Origin: Opitutales bacterium
GTDB taxonomy: Bacteria; Verrucomicrobiota; Verrucomicrobiia; Opitutales; UBA2987
Direction: 5' to 3'
Assembly: GCA_965226885.1 (NCBI GenBank)
Contig: CBDDEL010000013.1
Coordinates: 160,001-224,000 of the forward strand
DNA: 64,000 nt
The position numbers and the translations under genes were made by a program. The notes under the pieces are model-generated. The model searched no databases. It was not told where the DNA came from and saw only the letters and a program-made list of their open reading frames with translations. This document shows, piece after piece, positions 19,767 to 29,005 of this stretch; the first letter of the stretch is position 1; every line of letters begins with the position of its first letter.

Positions 19767-20714
19767 CTAAGGGACAATCCGAGTGCCCGTTTCTCCGATT
19801 AGGGCGCGCTCGATATTTTCCGGATCGGTAATAATGGCCTCTTTGCCGCCTCGTTCCAGAAAATGGATGGCGGCTTCAATTTTCGGGGCCATGCTGCCGC
19901 CGGCGAAATGAATCCCTTCGGCCAGGTATTGTTTAGCCTCGGCCAGGGTCATGCGGTCGATCCACTGCTGGTTCGGTTTGCCGAAATGCAAGGCCACTTT
20001 TTCCACCGCGGTGCTGACAATAAAGAGTTCAGCGCCGATTTCATTGGCCAAGAGCGCGCTGGCGTGGTCCTTGTCAATGACGGCGGCCACCCCTTGGAGG
20101 TAGCCATCTTCATTCGCCACCACGGGGATGCCTCCACCTCCAGCCGCAATTACCACGAAACCATCCTCAATGAGTTTTTTAATGGCCTCCACTTCGACGA
20201 TACGGATGGGTTTGGGGGAGGCTACTACCCGCCGCCAACCCCGCCCGGCGTCCTCCATCACATGCCATCCGTCCAACTCCCGGCGTCTCTCCGCAATCTC
20301 TTTGTCCATGAATGAACCGATGGGTTTGGAGGGGGTTTGAAAACCGGGATCGTCGCGCGATACTTCCACTTGGGTTACCACCGTGACGGCTTTTTTATCC
20401 AGACCGAATTCCTTGAATTCATTGTATAGGTTTTGCTGGAGAGAGTAGCCGATGGAGCCCTGGGAATTGGCACCGCACACCTCCAGGGGCACTTCGTGCA
20501 ATTCATGCAACGACAGCTCCGAACGCCGCAGCATGAAACCTACCTGAGGGCCGTTGCCGTGGGCGATGACCACATCCCATCCATCCTTGATCATGGAAAC
20601 GATATGATCGCAGGTCTCCTTGGCTGCGATGTATTGATCCCTTACGGTTTGGTGAAATTTATCTTTGATCAGCGAATTTCCACCGATCGCCACAACGGCG
20701 ATTTTTTTGGCCAT
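19767..20714 (-). CDS. arcC: Carbamate kinase
   Basis: VAIGGNSL, HGNGPQVG, KPIG, EDAGRGWRRVVASP, GGGGIPV, AVIDKD, GSMAPK. Confidence 0.95.
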   Translation of the reverse strand: MAKKIAVVAIGGNSLIKDKFHQTVRDQYIAAKETCDHIVSMIKDGWDVVIAHGNGPQVGFMLRRSELSLHELHEVPLEVCGANSQGSIGYSLQQNLYNEFKEFGLDKKAVTVVTQVEVSRDDPGFQTPSKPIGSFMDKEIAERRRELDGWHVMEDAGRGWRRVVASPKPIRIVEVEAIKKLIEDGFVVIAAGGGGIPVVANEDGYLQGVAAVIDKDHASALLANEIGAELFIVSTAVEKVALHFGKPNQQWIDRMTLAEAKQYLAEGIHFAGGSMAPKIEAAIHFLERGGKEAIITDPENIERALIGETGTRIVP

Positions 20715-20845
20715 AATTGCCTCCTTTTATCCTGTCATTGGCATTGAACAACTAATAAACAGAATGATCGGACATTTGCTCTGGTCCCGTGTTAGGGGGA
20801 AGAGCAAAATTCCAATCCTTCCAAGTCCAGCGAATTTTACCCTGA

Positions 20846-21823
20846 CTAATTCATGGTCAGGGCCATTACCGCCTTTTGCGCGTGCAGTCGATTCTCCGCC
20901 TGGTCGAAAACGACTGATTGAGGCCCATCGATGACGCTGTCGCTAACTTCCACGTTTCTGTCTGCAGGGAGAGGATGCATGTAAATAGCGTCCGGGTCGG
21001 CCATGGCCATACGACGCTCGTCCGTGATCCAGTCCTTATATTTGTCGATGATGCGGGCGCCTTCTTCATCATCGGTGGTGGTGTTCATGGCACCCCAGCT
21101 TTTCGCATAGACGATATCGCTTCCCTTAATGCCAGCTTCAAAATCGTCCATCACTTCCAGGCTGCCGCGGTGTTTGCGGGCGTTTTCCTGGGCTTGTTCG
21201 ACGATGTGGGGCATGAGATTGAACTCGGGCGGGTGCACCAGGCGCACGTTCATGCCGTAGCGGGTCAAGAGCAGGATGAGGCTTTGCGGTACGCTCATCG
21301 GTTTTTGATAACTGGCCGCGTAGGCCCAGCTAACCGTGATCGTTTTACCCCGGGGATCGCCCTTCTTTTCCATGATCGTTTGCAGGTCTGCCAGAATCTG
21401 GAAGGGGTGATAGGTTTCGCACTGCATATTTAGTACCGGCACCCGGCAGGCTTCGGCCGCCCAGCGCAGGTATTGCGTGCCCACACCCCAATCGCAGTGG
21501 CGAATGGCCAACCCATCGGTGTAGCGGCCCAGGATTTCGCCGATTTCCCTTGTCCCGTCGCCATGGGAGATCTGGGTGGACGAACTGGCCAAAAACATGC
21601 CATGACCGCCAAGCTGGGCCATCCCCGCTTCGAAAGAAGACCGGGTCCGCGTGCTGGAGAAAAAGAAGAGCATAGTCAGCACCTTGTCCCTCAGATAGGC
21701 ATGAGGCAGCCCCAGGGCTCTTTTCCTTTTCAGGTCTACCGCCACGTCCATGACTGTATCGATTTCTTCTTTAGTCCATTCCTGTGTCGTGATCATGTCA
21801 CGACCTCTTAAATAAGTCTGCAT
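20846..21823 (-). CDS. YgeW-like (knotted-type) carbamoyltransferase, probably catabolic
   Basis: STRTR and HPFQ carbamoyl-phosphate motifs; SWAYAASYQKPMSVPQ, YAKSWG and HPLPADR resemble YgeW/AOTCase rather than ArgF. Confidence 0.8.
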   Translation of the reverse strand: MQTYLRGRDMITTQEWTKEEIDTVMDVAVDLKRKRALGLPHAYLRDKVLTMLFFFSSTRTRSSFEAGMAQLGGHGMFLASSSTQISHGDGTREIGEILGRYTDGLAIRHCDWGVGTQYLRWAAEACRVPVLNMQCETYHPFQILADLQTIMEKKGDPRGKTITVSWAYAASYQKPMSVPQSLILLLTRYGMNVRLVHPPEFNLMPHIVEQAQENARKHRGSLEVMDDFEAGIKGSDIVYAKSWGAMNTTTDDEEGARIIDKYKDWITDERRMAMADPDAIYMHPLPADRNVEVSDSVIDGPQSVVFDQAENRLHAQKAVMALTMN

Positions 21824-21845
21824 CAGTTTAGTCCTATGTTATTTT

Positions 21846-21876
21846 AAAAAATCAAAGACGGCTTTCGCCGCCTCCT
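21846..21876 (-). terminator. Hairpin plus U-tract between pyrC and the carbamoyltransferase gene
   Basis: Minus strand AGGAGGCGGC-GAAA-GCCGTCTTT-GATTTTTT. Confidence 0.5.
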
Positions 21877-21995
21877 TTCTGAAAAGAAAATCCTGTTTAT
21901 GACAAAGAAATCAAAGCAAGCCAATTAATTTCACTAATATTTAAGAAAACCACTACCGTGATTGAAAAATGGAGCCTCTTTGGCGGCCTTGTTTT

Positions 21996-23324
21996 TCATG
22001 CCCCGCGGAGCGGCAGCCGTGATTCAGCTGGTTGTTCGGCAGGGGACAGGCTCCACACAGTCTTTCCGGCCACTACGGTGTGGATAACCTTGCCCTTGAG
22101 CTTTTGTCCGTTCCAGGGGGAATTGGCCGAGCGGCTCTGGTAGTCTTCAGGGTTTGCCGTCCATTCCAGATTGGGATCAAAAATCGTAATGTCGGCATCG
22201 GCGCCGGGACTGAGCGCACCTTTGTCCAGTTTTAAAACAGCCGCCGGTTTATGGGTGAGAAGAGACAGGAGAAAAGACAGGTCGCAGTGACCGCCTTGCA
22301 CCAGGGTTTGCAGGCAGACCGCAAGCGCTGTTTCCAGGCCGATAATGCCAAATGGAGCGTAATCGAATTCGCGATCTTTTTCGTAATCGGTATGTGGGGC
22401 GTGATCGGTCGCAATACAGTCCAGGGTGCCGTCGAGCAAGCCGCCGATGAGCGCCTGGCGATCCTCCTCCGTACGCAGGGGTGGATTCATCTTGAAATTC
22501 ACATCGTAAGTTTTCAGGCCATCATCCGTTAGCGAAATATGATGCGGTGAAGCCTCCGCCGTGATGCGGATGCCCCGCTGCTTGGCCCGCCGGATGACAT
22601 CGACCGCATAGGCGGAGGTGATGTGCTGCAAATGAATGTGAGCGCCGCTGTAGGCCGAAAGGATGACATCCCGCGATACGATAATGTCCTCACCTGAATT
22701 GGGCCAGCCACGCAGGCCGTAGCGGATCGAGTTTACCCCTTCGTTCATGACGCCTCCTTCGGTCAAGGCTGCATCCTGGCAATGATCCATCACACAGAGA
22801 TCGAACATTTTGGCATACTCGACCGCCCGCCGCATTAATTCCGTATTTTGCACACAATCGCCGTCGTCCGTGATTGCGATTACGCCGGCTCGCTGTAGAG
22901 AACCGGTGGGGGCCAGCAGCTTGCCCTCGCGCCTGACCGTAATGCAGCCCGTCGGGTAAACATTGACTACCGCCTCGCGTGCGATGGCGTCCTTGATGTA
23001 CTGGATGGTTCCGGCATTGTCGGCCGGGGGCGAGGTATTGGGCATGCAGACGACTGTGGTGAACCCGCCGGCGGCTGCGGCGCGGGTCCCGCTGCCAATA
23101 TTTTCCTTGTGAGTTTGTCCCGGTTCCCTCAGGTGGACATGGATATCGACAAACCCCGGGCAGACGACCAGCCCACCCGCATCGACACGCCGGGCCGATT
23201 GCTTCTGTTCCTCGCTCAGTTCCGCCACAATTTTCCCCTCAACCGCGAAGACATCCCCGGTTTCATCCCTATTGTTTGCCGGATCGATGACCCGCCCGCC
23301 GCTTATCCAAAGTATGTCGCTCAT
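21996..23324 (-). CDS. pyrC: Dihydroorotase
   Basis: DIHVHLREPG, MPNT, KMNPPLR, ATDHAPH, APFGIIGLET; follows pyrB. Confidence 0.95.
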   Translation of the reverse strand: MSDILWISGGRVIDPANNRDETGDVFAVEGKIVAELSEEQKQSARRVDAGGLVVCPGFVDIHVHLREPGQTHKENIGSGTRAAAAGGFTTVVCMPNTSPPADNAGTIQYIKDAIAREAVVNVYPTGCITVRREGKLLAPTGSLQRAGVIAITDDGDCVQNTELMRRAVEYAKMFDLCVMDHCQDAALTEGGVMNEGVNSIRYGLRGWPNSGEDIIVSRDVILSAYSGAHIHLQHITSAYAVDVIRRAKQRGIRITAEASPHHISLTDDGLKTYDVNFKMNPPLRTEEDRQALIGGLLDGTLDCIATDHAPHTDYEKDREFDYAPFGIIGLETALAVCLQTLVQGGHCDLSFLLSLLTHKPAAVLKLDKGALSPGADADITIFDPNLEWTANPEDYQSRSANSPWNGQKLKGKVIHTVVAGKTVWSLSPAEQPAESRLPLRGA

Positions 23325-23334
23325 ATTATATTAA

Positions 23335-24297
23335 TTAAATTACCTCTTCACTGCTTACCGGATGCACCGCACTGGCGCACAGGTAGAGAACCGCCATGCG
23401 GCAGACGATGCCGTTGGTGACTTGCTCAAGGATGACGGAGTTGTCCGAATCGGCCAGTTTGGAGTCGATTTCCACTCCGCGGTTGATGGGTCCCGGGTGC
23501 ATGATGATGGTCCCCGGCTTGAGCCACGAGGCTCGCATGGCATTGAGGCCGAACATGCTCGTGTATTCCCCCAGAGATGGAAAATGGGTGGAGGTTTGCC
23601 GCTCGTGCTGGATGCGCAAAAGCATGAGGGCATCGGTGTCGATCAAGGCGCTCTTGAGGTCGTGGGAGACTTCCACCCCCATGGCGCTGAAATACTCCGG
23701 CACCAGTGTGGAGGGACCCACCAGGGTCACCTTGGCGCCAAGTTTCTGCATCGCCAAAATATTGGACCGGGCCACCCGGCTGAACAGGATGTCCCCCAGA
23801 ATGGTCACTTTTTTTCCCGTAAAATCACTGCCCCAGCGTTCCCGTAGGGTAAAGCAGTCCAGCAGCGCCTGGGTGGGGTGGGCATGGGCGCCGTCTCCCG
23901 CATTGATAACCGGAATGTCGATAATTTTACTCAGGTAATAAGAAGAACCGGCGGCGGAGTGGCGCATGACAAGCAAATCGGCATCCAGAGCGACGATGTT
24001 GCGGGCCGTATCGCGCAGCGTTTCCCCCTTCACCAGGCTGCTCGCCGAGGCCGCAATGAAGATGCTATCGGCGCTCAGCCGTGAAGCCGCGATTTCAAAA
24101 GATACCCGTGTCCGTGTGCTCGGTTCCATGAACAGGTTGACCACGGTTTTCCCCCTTAATGACGGCAATTTTTTCTGCGATCTGCCAAGCGTTTGCTTGA
24201 ATGAGGAGGCCAGTTTGAATATGGTTTCCAACTCATCCGGCGTGACATCCTCGATAGAGATAAAGTCTTTATGCGTCCAGCTACTGCTCAAAATCAT
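23335..24297 (-). CDS. pyrB: Aspartate carbamoyltransferase catalytic subunit
   Basis: STRTR, KGETL, NAGDG.HAHPTQ, SRVARS, RIQHER, HPGPINRG. Confidence 0.97.
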   Translation of the reverse strand: MILSSSWTHKDFISIEDVTPDELETIFKLASSFKQTLGRSQKKLPSLRGKTVVNLFMEPSTRTRVSFEIAASRLSADSIFIAASASSLVKGETLRDTARNIVALDADLLVMRHSAAGSSYYLSKIIDIPVINAGDGAHAHPTQALLDCFTLRERWGSDFTGKKVTILGDILFSRVARSNILAMQKLGAKVTLVGPSTLVPEYFSAMGVEVSHDLKSALIDTDALMLLRIQHERQTSTHFPSLGEYTSMFGLNAMRASWLKPGTIIMHPGPINRGVEIDSKLADSDNSVILEQVTNGIVCRMAVLYLCASAVHPVSSEEVI

Positions 24298-24830
24298 GTT
24301 CCGTAAATCGTTAAAAAATTTTCACCAGCCTCATCGGCCTGCATGGAAAGCACCACCTTTTGTTCCGGTGTCGTCATCTCTGTAAAACCAATATAATCGG
24401 GTTGGATGGGCAGGCGCCGGTTGCCGCGGTCGCACAGGATCGCCAACTCCACCAGGGCCGGGCGGCCCTGGTCGAAAATTTCATTGAGGGCGGCCCGCGC
24501 GGTGCGCCCCGTAAAGAGCACATCATCGACCAGGATAACCGTAGCCCCTTCGATATCGAAAGGCAGCTCCGTGCGCTCGGTTGGGTTCGGTATCGGCTTG
24601 CGCCCGATATCGTCGCGGTGAAAGGCCACATTGACCGTGCCATGGGCGACGGGACGACTCAAATTGTCCGATAGACCCTGCGCAATCCGATGGCCGAGGG
24701 CGATCCCACCGTCTGCAATACTGGCCACAACCAGTTTTTCGGTCTCACGGTGGCGTTTGCAGATGGCTTGGACGAGGCTTTCGACAGCCTCCTGAATTTC
24801 CACGCTCTCAATCCGCTTAACTTCCTTCAT
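24294..24830 (-). CDS. pyrR: PyrR regulator / uracil phosphoribosyltransferase
   Basis: FHRDD, LVDDVLFTGRTARAAL, DRG.R.LPI.PDY.G; start taken at MKEVKR. Confidence 0.9.
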   Translation of the reverse strand: MKEVKRIESVEIQEAVESLVQAICKRHRETEKLVVASIADGGIALGHRIAQGLSDNLSRPVAHGTVNVAFHRDDIGRKPIPNPTERTELPFDIEGATVILVDDVLFTGRTARAALNEIFDQGRPALVELAILCDRGNRRLPIQPDYIGFTEMTTPEQKVVLSMQADEAGENFLTIYGT

Positions 24831-25128
24831 CAATTCGGCGGCAGATAATTGGGAGATATTATTCTCCAGCGCAATAGGATTTTCAAAAATTTTATTCACA
24901 GCTAAATTTACCCACAAAATCAGTTCCTCAGCACCGCCCCCCATCGCCCCCCATGGCATGGGCGATCCGTTTCAAGCCACACCATACCATAAATTCCCAA
25001 AACCGTCAATGGATAGGTTGGCTCCGTTTGATGCGTTTGAATAAACTTCAAAAAAAATACCAAAAACCACCAAATTGCGCCAAAATGTCCCACCAAAAAC
25101 AAATCCCCTTACCGCTCCCTCGCATTTT

Positions 25129-25930
25129 GGTAGTGTATAAAAAAAGAATGTTATTTTGTATTTTTAGCTGTACAAATAGCGTTAGGCAGTTTATTCTTAG
25201 TGCATGGTTACTAAAATTATTAATTGTCGGCACTGTGGAAGTGAAAATATCATTAAATTTGGCAAGACGCCCAACCATAAACAGCGCTACCGCTGCCATG
25301 ATTGTGGTAAACAAAGCCGCGAAAACCCCACAGTGAAATACACCGAAGAGCAAAAAGAAATGATCCTTCGAGTCTATCAGGAACGCAGCAGTCTACGCGG
25401 TTTACAGCGCGCCTTCGGGGTGAGTCCCAACACCGTTTTGAGTTGGTTAAAAAAAACGACAATCGCTGCGACCGCTCAAAAGCACGATTCTTGCGGCCCG
25501 CCGCCATGATGTCATTGAACTGGACGAACTGTGGTCTTTTGTGGGGCGCAAGAGCGATGCCCAATGGGTTTGGATCGCTCTTTGCCGACGCACCCGTCAA
25601 ATCCTCTCCTATGCCATTGGGCCTCGGGATTGGTATCGTTGCCGGGAACTTTACGAGCGTCTGCCACGGGCCTACAAAAGATGTGCCACCTACAGCGACT
25701 TTTGGAGCACTTATGATGAAGTCTTTCCTCATAACCGATCCGTGGGAAAAGAAACCGGTGAAACGGCCCATGTGGAACGATGGAACAATACCCTGCGCCA
25801 ACGACTGGGTCGTCTCACACGCAAAACCCTCTCCTTTTCCAAGCTTAAGAGTATGCATGAAACCTGTCTGAGACTTTTCATTCATCAATATAATCAAGAA
25901 TTAGCCACCATTCCTACTTAATACACTACC
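25129..25930 (+). mobile_element. IS1-family element, copy 1 (802 bp; insA 25204-25509, insB frame about 25451-25921)
   Basis: IR GGTAGTGTAT...ATACACTACC; 8-bp TSD CGCATTTT; InsA zinc ribbon CRHC...CHDC plus HTH; InsB ELDELWSFV, SDFW, HVERWNNTLR. Confidence 0.95.
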
Positions 25931-26225
25931 CGCATTTTTTGGTGGAATGAGCTGTTCTCAACACGTTTATTCAATAATCCCTCGGTATATAATCCCTTTT
26001 TAATTTCCCTACCGATTTGATCGAAAATAACAAAGGATAAGATTGCCAGATCACATTGAAAGCAGAAAAATGGATCGATATATAAGAAAGTAGCGATTTC
26101 CTACGATTATGAATGTTCATAGGGGAAAAATCGTCTAATCTCAAAGAGGTGTGTAAACGCCGGGGAAAAACCGGTACGGTAAAGAGGGCGCTTTAAAACC
26201 GGTACGCTTATCCTAGAAAGGAGGA

Positions 26226-27731
26226 GTGTATCGAGATATGAAGCAATGGACAAGAGTGCGGCACAAAGTGCTGCGGGACAAGCAGAGCAAGCGCTCTGTA
26301 ATGCGAGAAGAGGGACTGCACTGGGAGACCCTGGGAAAGATGCTGGCCTATTCCCAGCCGCCGGGATACCGGCGCAAGAAGAGGCGAGAGCGCAAGATCG
26401 ATCCGTATGTGGGCTGGATCGAGGAGGTGCTCAAAGCGGACCGGAACGTGCCCAAGAAGCAGCGCCATACGGCCAAACGGATCTACCAGCGTTTGGGTCG
26501 GGAGAAGGGCTACCAAGGGGGCTACACGGCGGTCAAGGAGGTGGTGGCCGAGCTGCGAGCGAGGCGGCGGGAAGTGTTCGTGCCGCTGGAGCACCGCCCC
26601 GGGGAGGGACAGGTGGACTTCGGTCATGCCCTGGTGAAGGAGGCGGGGCAATTGCGTAGGCGGCCATTTTTTGCCATGAGCCTGCCCTACAGCGATGCCT
26701 TTTTCGTGCAGGTGTTCGAACGGGAGTGCACGGAGAGCTTCTGGGAGGGGCACCTGCGAGCTTTTGAGTTTTTCGGGGCGGTGCCCCGGCGCATCAGCTA
26801 TGACAACTCGAAGGTGGCGGTGGGTAAGATTATCGGTTCGCGTGAACGCAAGCTGACCGACGGGTTTCTGCAGCTACAGAGCCATTACCTGTTCGAGGAA
26901 CACTTCTGTCTGCCCGCCCGGCCCAACGAGAAGGGCGTGGTCGAGGGGATCGTGCGTTATGCCCGGGCCAACTTCCTGGTACCGGTACCGCAGGTTCGGG
27001 ACCTGGAGGAACTCAACGCAAAGCTGTTGGAGGCATGTGAGCGGGACATGGAGCGTAAATTACGCGGGAAAAGGGCGGTGAAAAAGGAACTGCTGGCCGA
27101 GGAGCGCGCCGTCATGCTGGCGTTGCCGCCCATACCCTTTGAAGCGAGCCGCAAACGCTCGACCTGCGTCAGCAGCCTCTCGCTGGTGCGCTTCGAGTGC
27201 AACGACTATTCGGTGCCGGTGCGCTGCGCCCACCATCCGGTGGTGGTGGAAGGGTCCTGTCGGCAGGTGGTGATCTTCTGTGGGGGCCAAGAGGTGGCCC
27301 GGCACCGCCGCATTTGGGATAAAGAGCAAGTCTCTTTCGAGCCGGTGCACTACCTGGCTTTGCTGGAGAAAAAACCGGGCGCTTTGGACTTCGCCCGCCC
27401 ACTCTCGGGCTGGCAGTTGCCGCAGTGCCTGCAGGTCCTCAGACGCCGGCTCGAAAGCCAATGCGGGGGCGAAGGCACCCGGGAGTATATCCGGGTGCTG
27501 CGGCTGTTGGAGAAACACCCCATGGCGGCCTTGCAGCAGGCCGTCGTCTCGGCCCTGCGGGGGGGGGGACTGACTCGTGAGGCCATCGCCCAGTATCTCT
27601 ATCCTCAGGAAGACTACGGGAGCAGAACCTTCCGGCTGGACGGCCATCCACACCTGCGTCACGTCCGTGTGGCCGCCCCTGACCTCGGTGCCTACAGCGA
27701 ACTGCTCAAGATTCCAGGAGGGGCTTTATGA
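26226..27731 (+). CDS. istA: IS21 transposase
   Basis: QVDFG, YDN, NEKGVVE, NDYSVP. Confidence 0.95.
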   Translation: MYRDMKQWTRVRHKVLRDKQSKRSVMREEGLHWETLGKMLAYSQPPGYRRKKRRERKIDPYVGWIEEVLKADRNVPKKQRHTAKRIYQRLGREKGYQGGYTAVKEVVAELRARRREVFVPLEHRPGEGQVDFGHALVKEAGQLRRRPFFAMSLPYSDAFFVQVFERECTESFWEGHLRAFEFFGAVPRRISYDNSKVAVGKIIGSRERKLTDGFLQLQSHYLFEEHFCLPARPNEKGVVEGIVRYARANFLVPVPQVRDLEELNAKLLEACERDMERKLRGKRAVKKELLAEERAVMLALPPIPFEASRKRSTCVSSLSLVRFECNDYSVPVRCAHHPVVVEGSCRQVVIFCGGQEVARHRRIWDKEQVSFEPVHYLALLEKKPGALDFARPLSGWQLPQCLQVLRRRLESQCGGEGTREYIRVLRLLEKHPMAALQQAVVSALRGGGLTREAIAQYLYPQEDYGSRTFRLDGHPHLRHVRVAAPDLGAYSELLKIPGGAL

Positions 27732-28495
27732 AGGAAGAAAAAAACCAGCTGCTGTTACACCATCACCTCAAGAAACTGAAGTTGCCCACCATCCTGCGCG
27801 AATGGCCGGCGGTGGCCGCGGCTTGTTCCCGGGACCGGCTCGATTACGCCGCCTTTTTGTTGCATCTGGTCGAACGGGAGCTCATTGAACGCGAACAGCG
27901 GGCCGCCCAGCGGCGGATCAGAAACGCCCGTTTCCCCGTGCTCAAGACCCTCGAGAGCTTCGCCTTTGAAGCGCAGCCCTCGATCAACGAAGCGCTCATC
28001 CGAGAGCTCATGCGCGGGGAGTATGTCGACCAGCGCGAAAACGTGCTGCTCCTCGGTAACGCCGGTACCGGTAAAACGCACCTGGCCACCGCCCTGGGCT
28101 TTGCCGCCTGTGCCCAGGGCCGGCGGATCCGTTTCTTCGGGGTCACCGCCCTGGTTACCCATATGCTCGAGCAACGCGACAACCACGACCTGCAGCGCTT
28201 CATGAAGCAACTCGAAAGGCTCGACCTACTCATCCTCGACGAACTCGGTTACGTCCCTTTTTCCAAGACCGGTTCCGAACTGCTCTTCGACGTGGTCAGC
28301 CGCGCTTACGAGCGCACCAGTCTCATCGTCACCACCAACCTGCCCTTTGAGAACTGGATCGAAGTGCTCGGTTCCGAACGGCTCACCGGAGCTCTGCTGG
28401 ACCGACTCACCCATCGGGTGCATATCCTCGAAGCCAACGGGCAAAGCTACCGCTTGCGCGATGCTCGACGCCGTCGCCGTGGCACAAAACAATAA
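27728..28495 (+). CDS. istB: IS21 AAA+ helper ATPase
   Basis: GNAGTGKTHLA, LLILDELGY, TTNLPF, ALLDRLTH. Confidence 0.96.
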   Translation: MKEEKNQLLLHHHLKKLKLPTILREWPAVAAACSRDRLDYAAFLLHLVERELIEREQRAAQRRIRNARFPVLKTLESFAFEAQPSINEALIRELMRGEYVDQRENVLLLGNAGTGKTHLATALGFAACAQGRRIRFFGVTALVTHMLEQRDNHDLQRFMKQLERLDLLILDELGYVPFSKTGSELLFDVVSRAYERTSLIVTTNLPFENWIEVLGSERLTGALLDRLTHRVHILEANGQSYRLRDARRRRRGTKQ

Positions 28496-28668
28496 ACGCC
28501 TTGGGCCCGGCTCGTCGGCCTCCGGCCTCCTCACCGACCCCAAGCCAATCCCCAAAACCAACTCCCAAACCCTAAACCTTGACGTACCTGCAATTACTAA
28601 CCTAAACCTTATTCCAAGCGTACCGGTTTTACCCCGACCCCCGTACCGGTTTCATCCCGGCGTTTACA

Positions 28669-28856
28669 GTAGGCATAATGCGGCTATTATCGTTAGTATT
28701 GCTGCTTGGTCCGCCTTTCTTTGTTCCATGGATTACAAATATACGGTGAGGGATGAACAGAGGACTCTCAGGAAACTTTTCCTTTAGCATCTTATTATGC
28801 TTTCGATAGTCGCTCGCTGCTTTTCCGAAATCTACTTTCATTTTTTTGGTCATCAT
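28669..28856 (-). pseudogene. Probable internally deleted class I SAM-methyltransferase remnant
   Basis: N-terminal-like VDFGKAASDYRKH joined directly to C-terminal-like LKEKFPESPLFIPHRIFVI; family assignment from recalled similarity only. Confidence 0.4.
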
Positions 28857-29005
28857 ATTGCAGGCTGCCTCTACGCAGCCCGTGATTGAGTATCCATAAA
28901 ATTTTGGCCTAATTTTGCAAGTAAGTTTGTAGTCCTTGGGCGAAGAAGAGGATTTTTCTGTTTCCCAAAATTCAAATCCTATCTCAAAGATCAGGGGTTT
29001 TATTC

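Larger units (their letters stand above)
26152..28668 (+). mobile_element. IS21-family element
   Basis: TGTAAACGCCGGG...CCCGGCGTTTACA ends; repeated subterminal AAACCGGTACG motifs; no clear TSD. Confidence 0.95.

Noticed and set aside
20846..21823. argF/arcB of an arginine deiminase pathway
   Set aside because: Lacks the OTC-type SMG motif, has YgeW-like motifs, and no arcA or arcD is nearby
24831..25128. PyrR-binding attenuator upstream of pyrR
   Set aside because: No recognisable PyrR binding loop or terminator/antiterminator pair could be identified by eye
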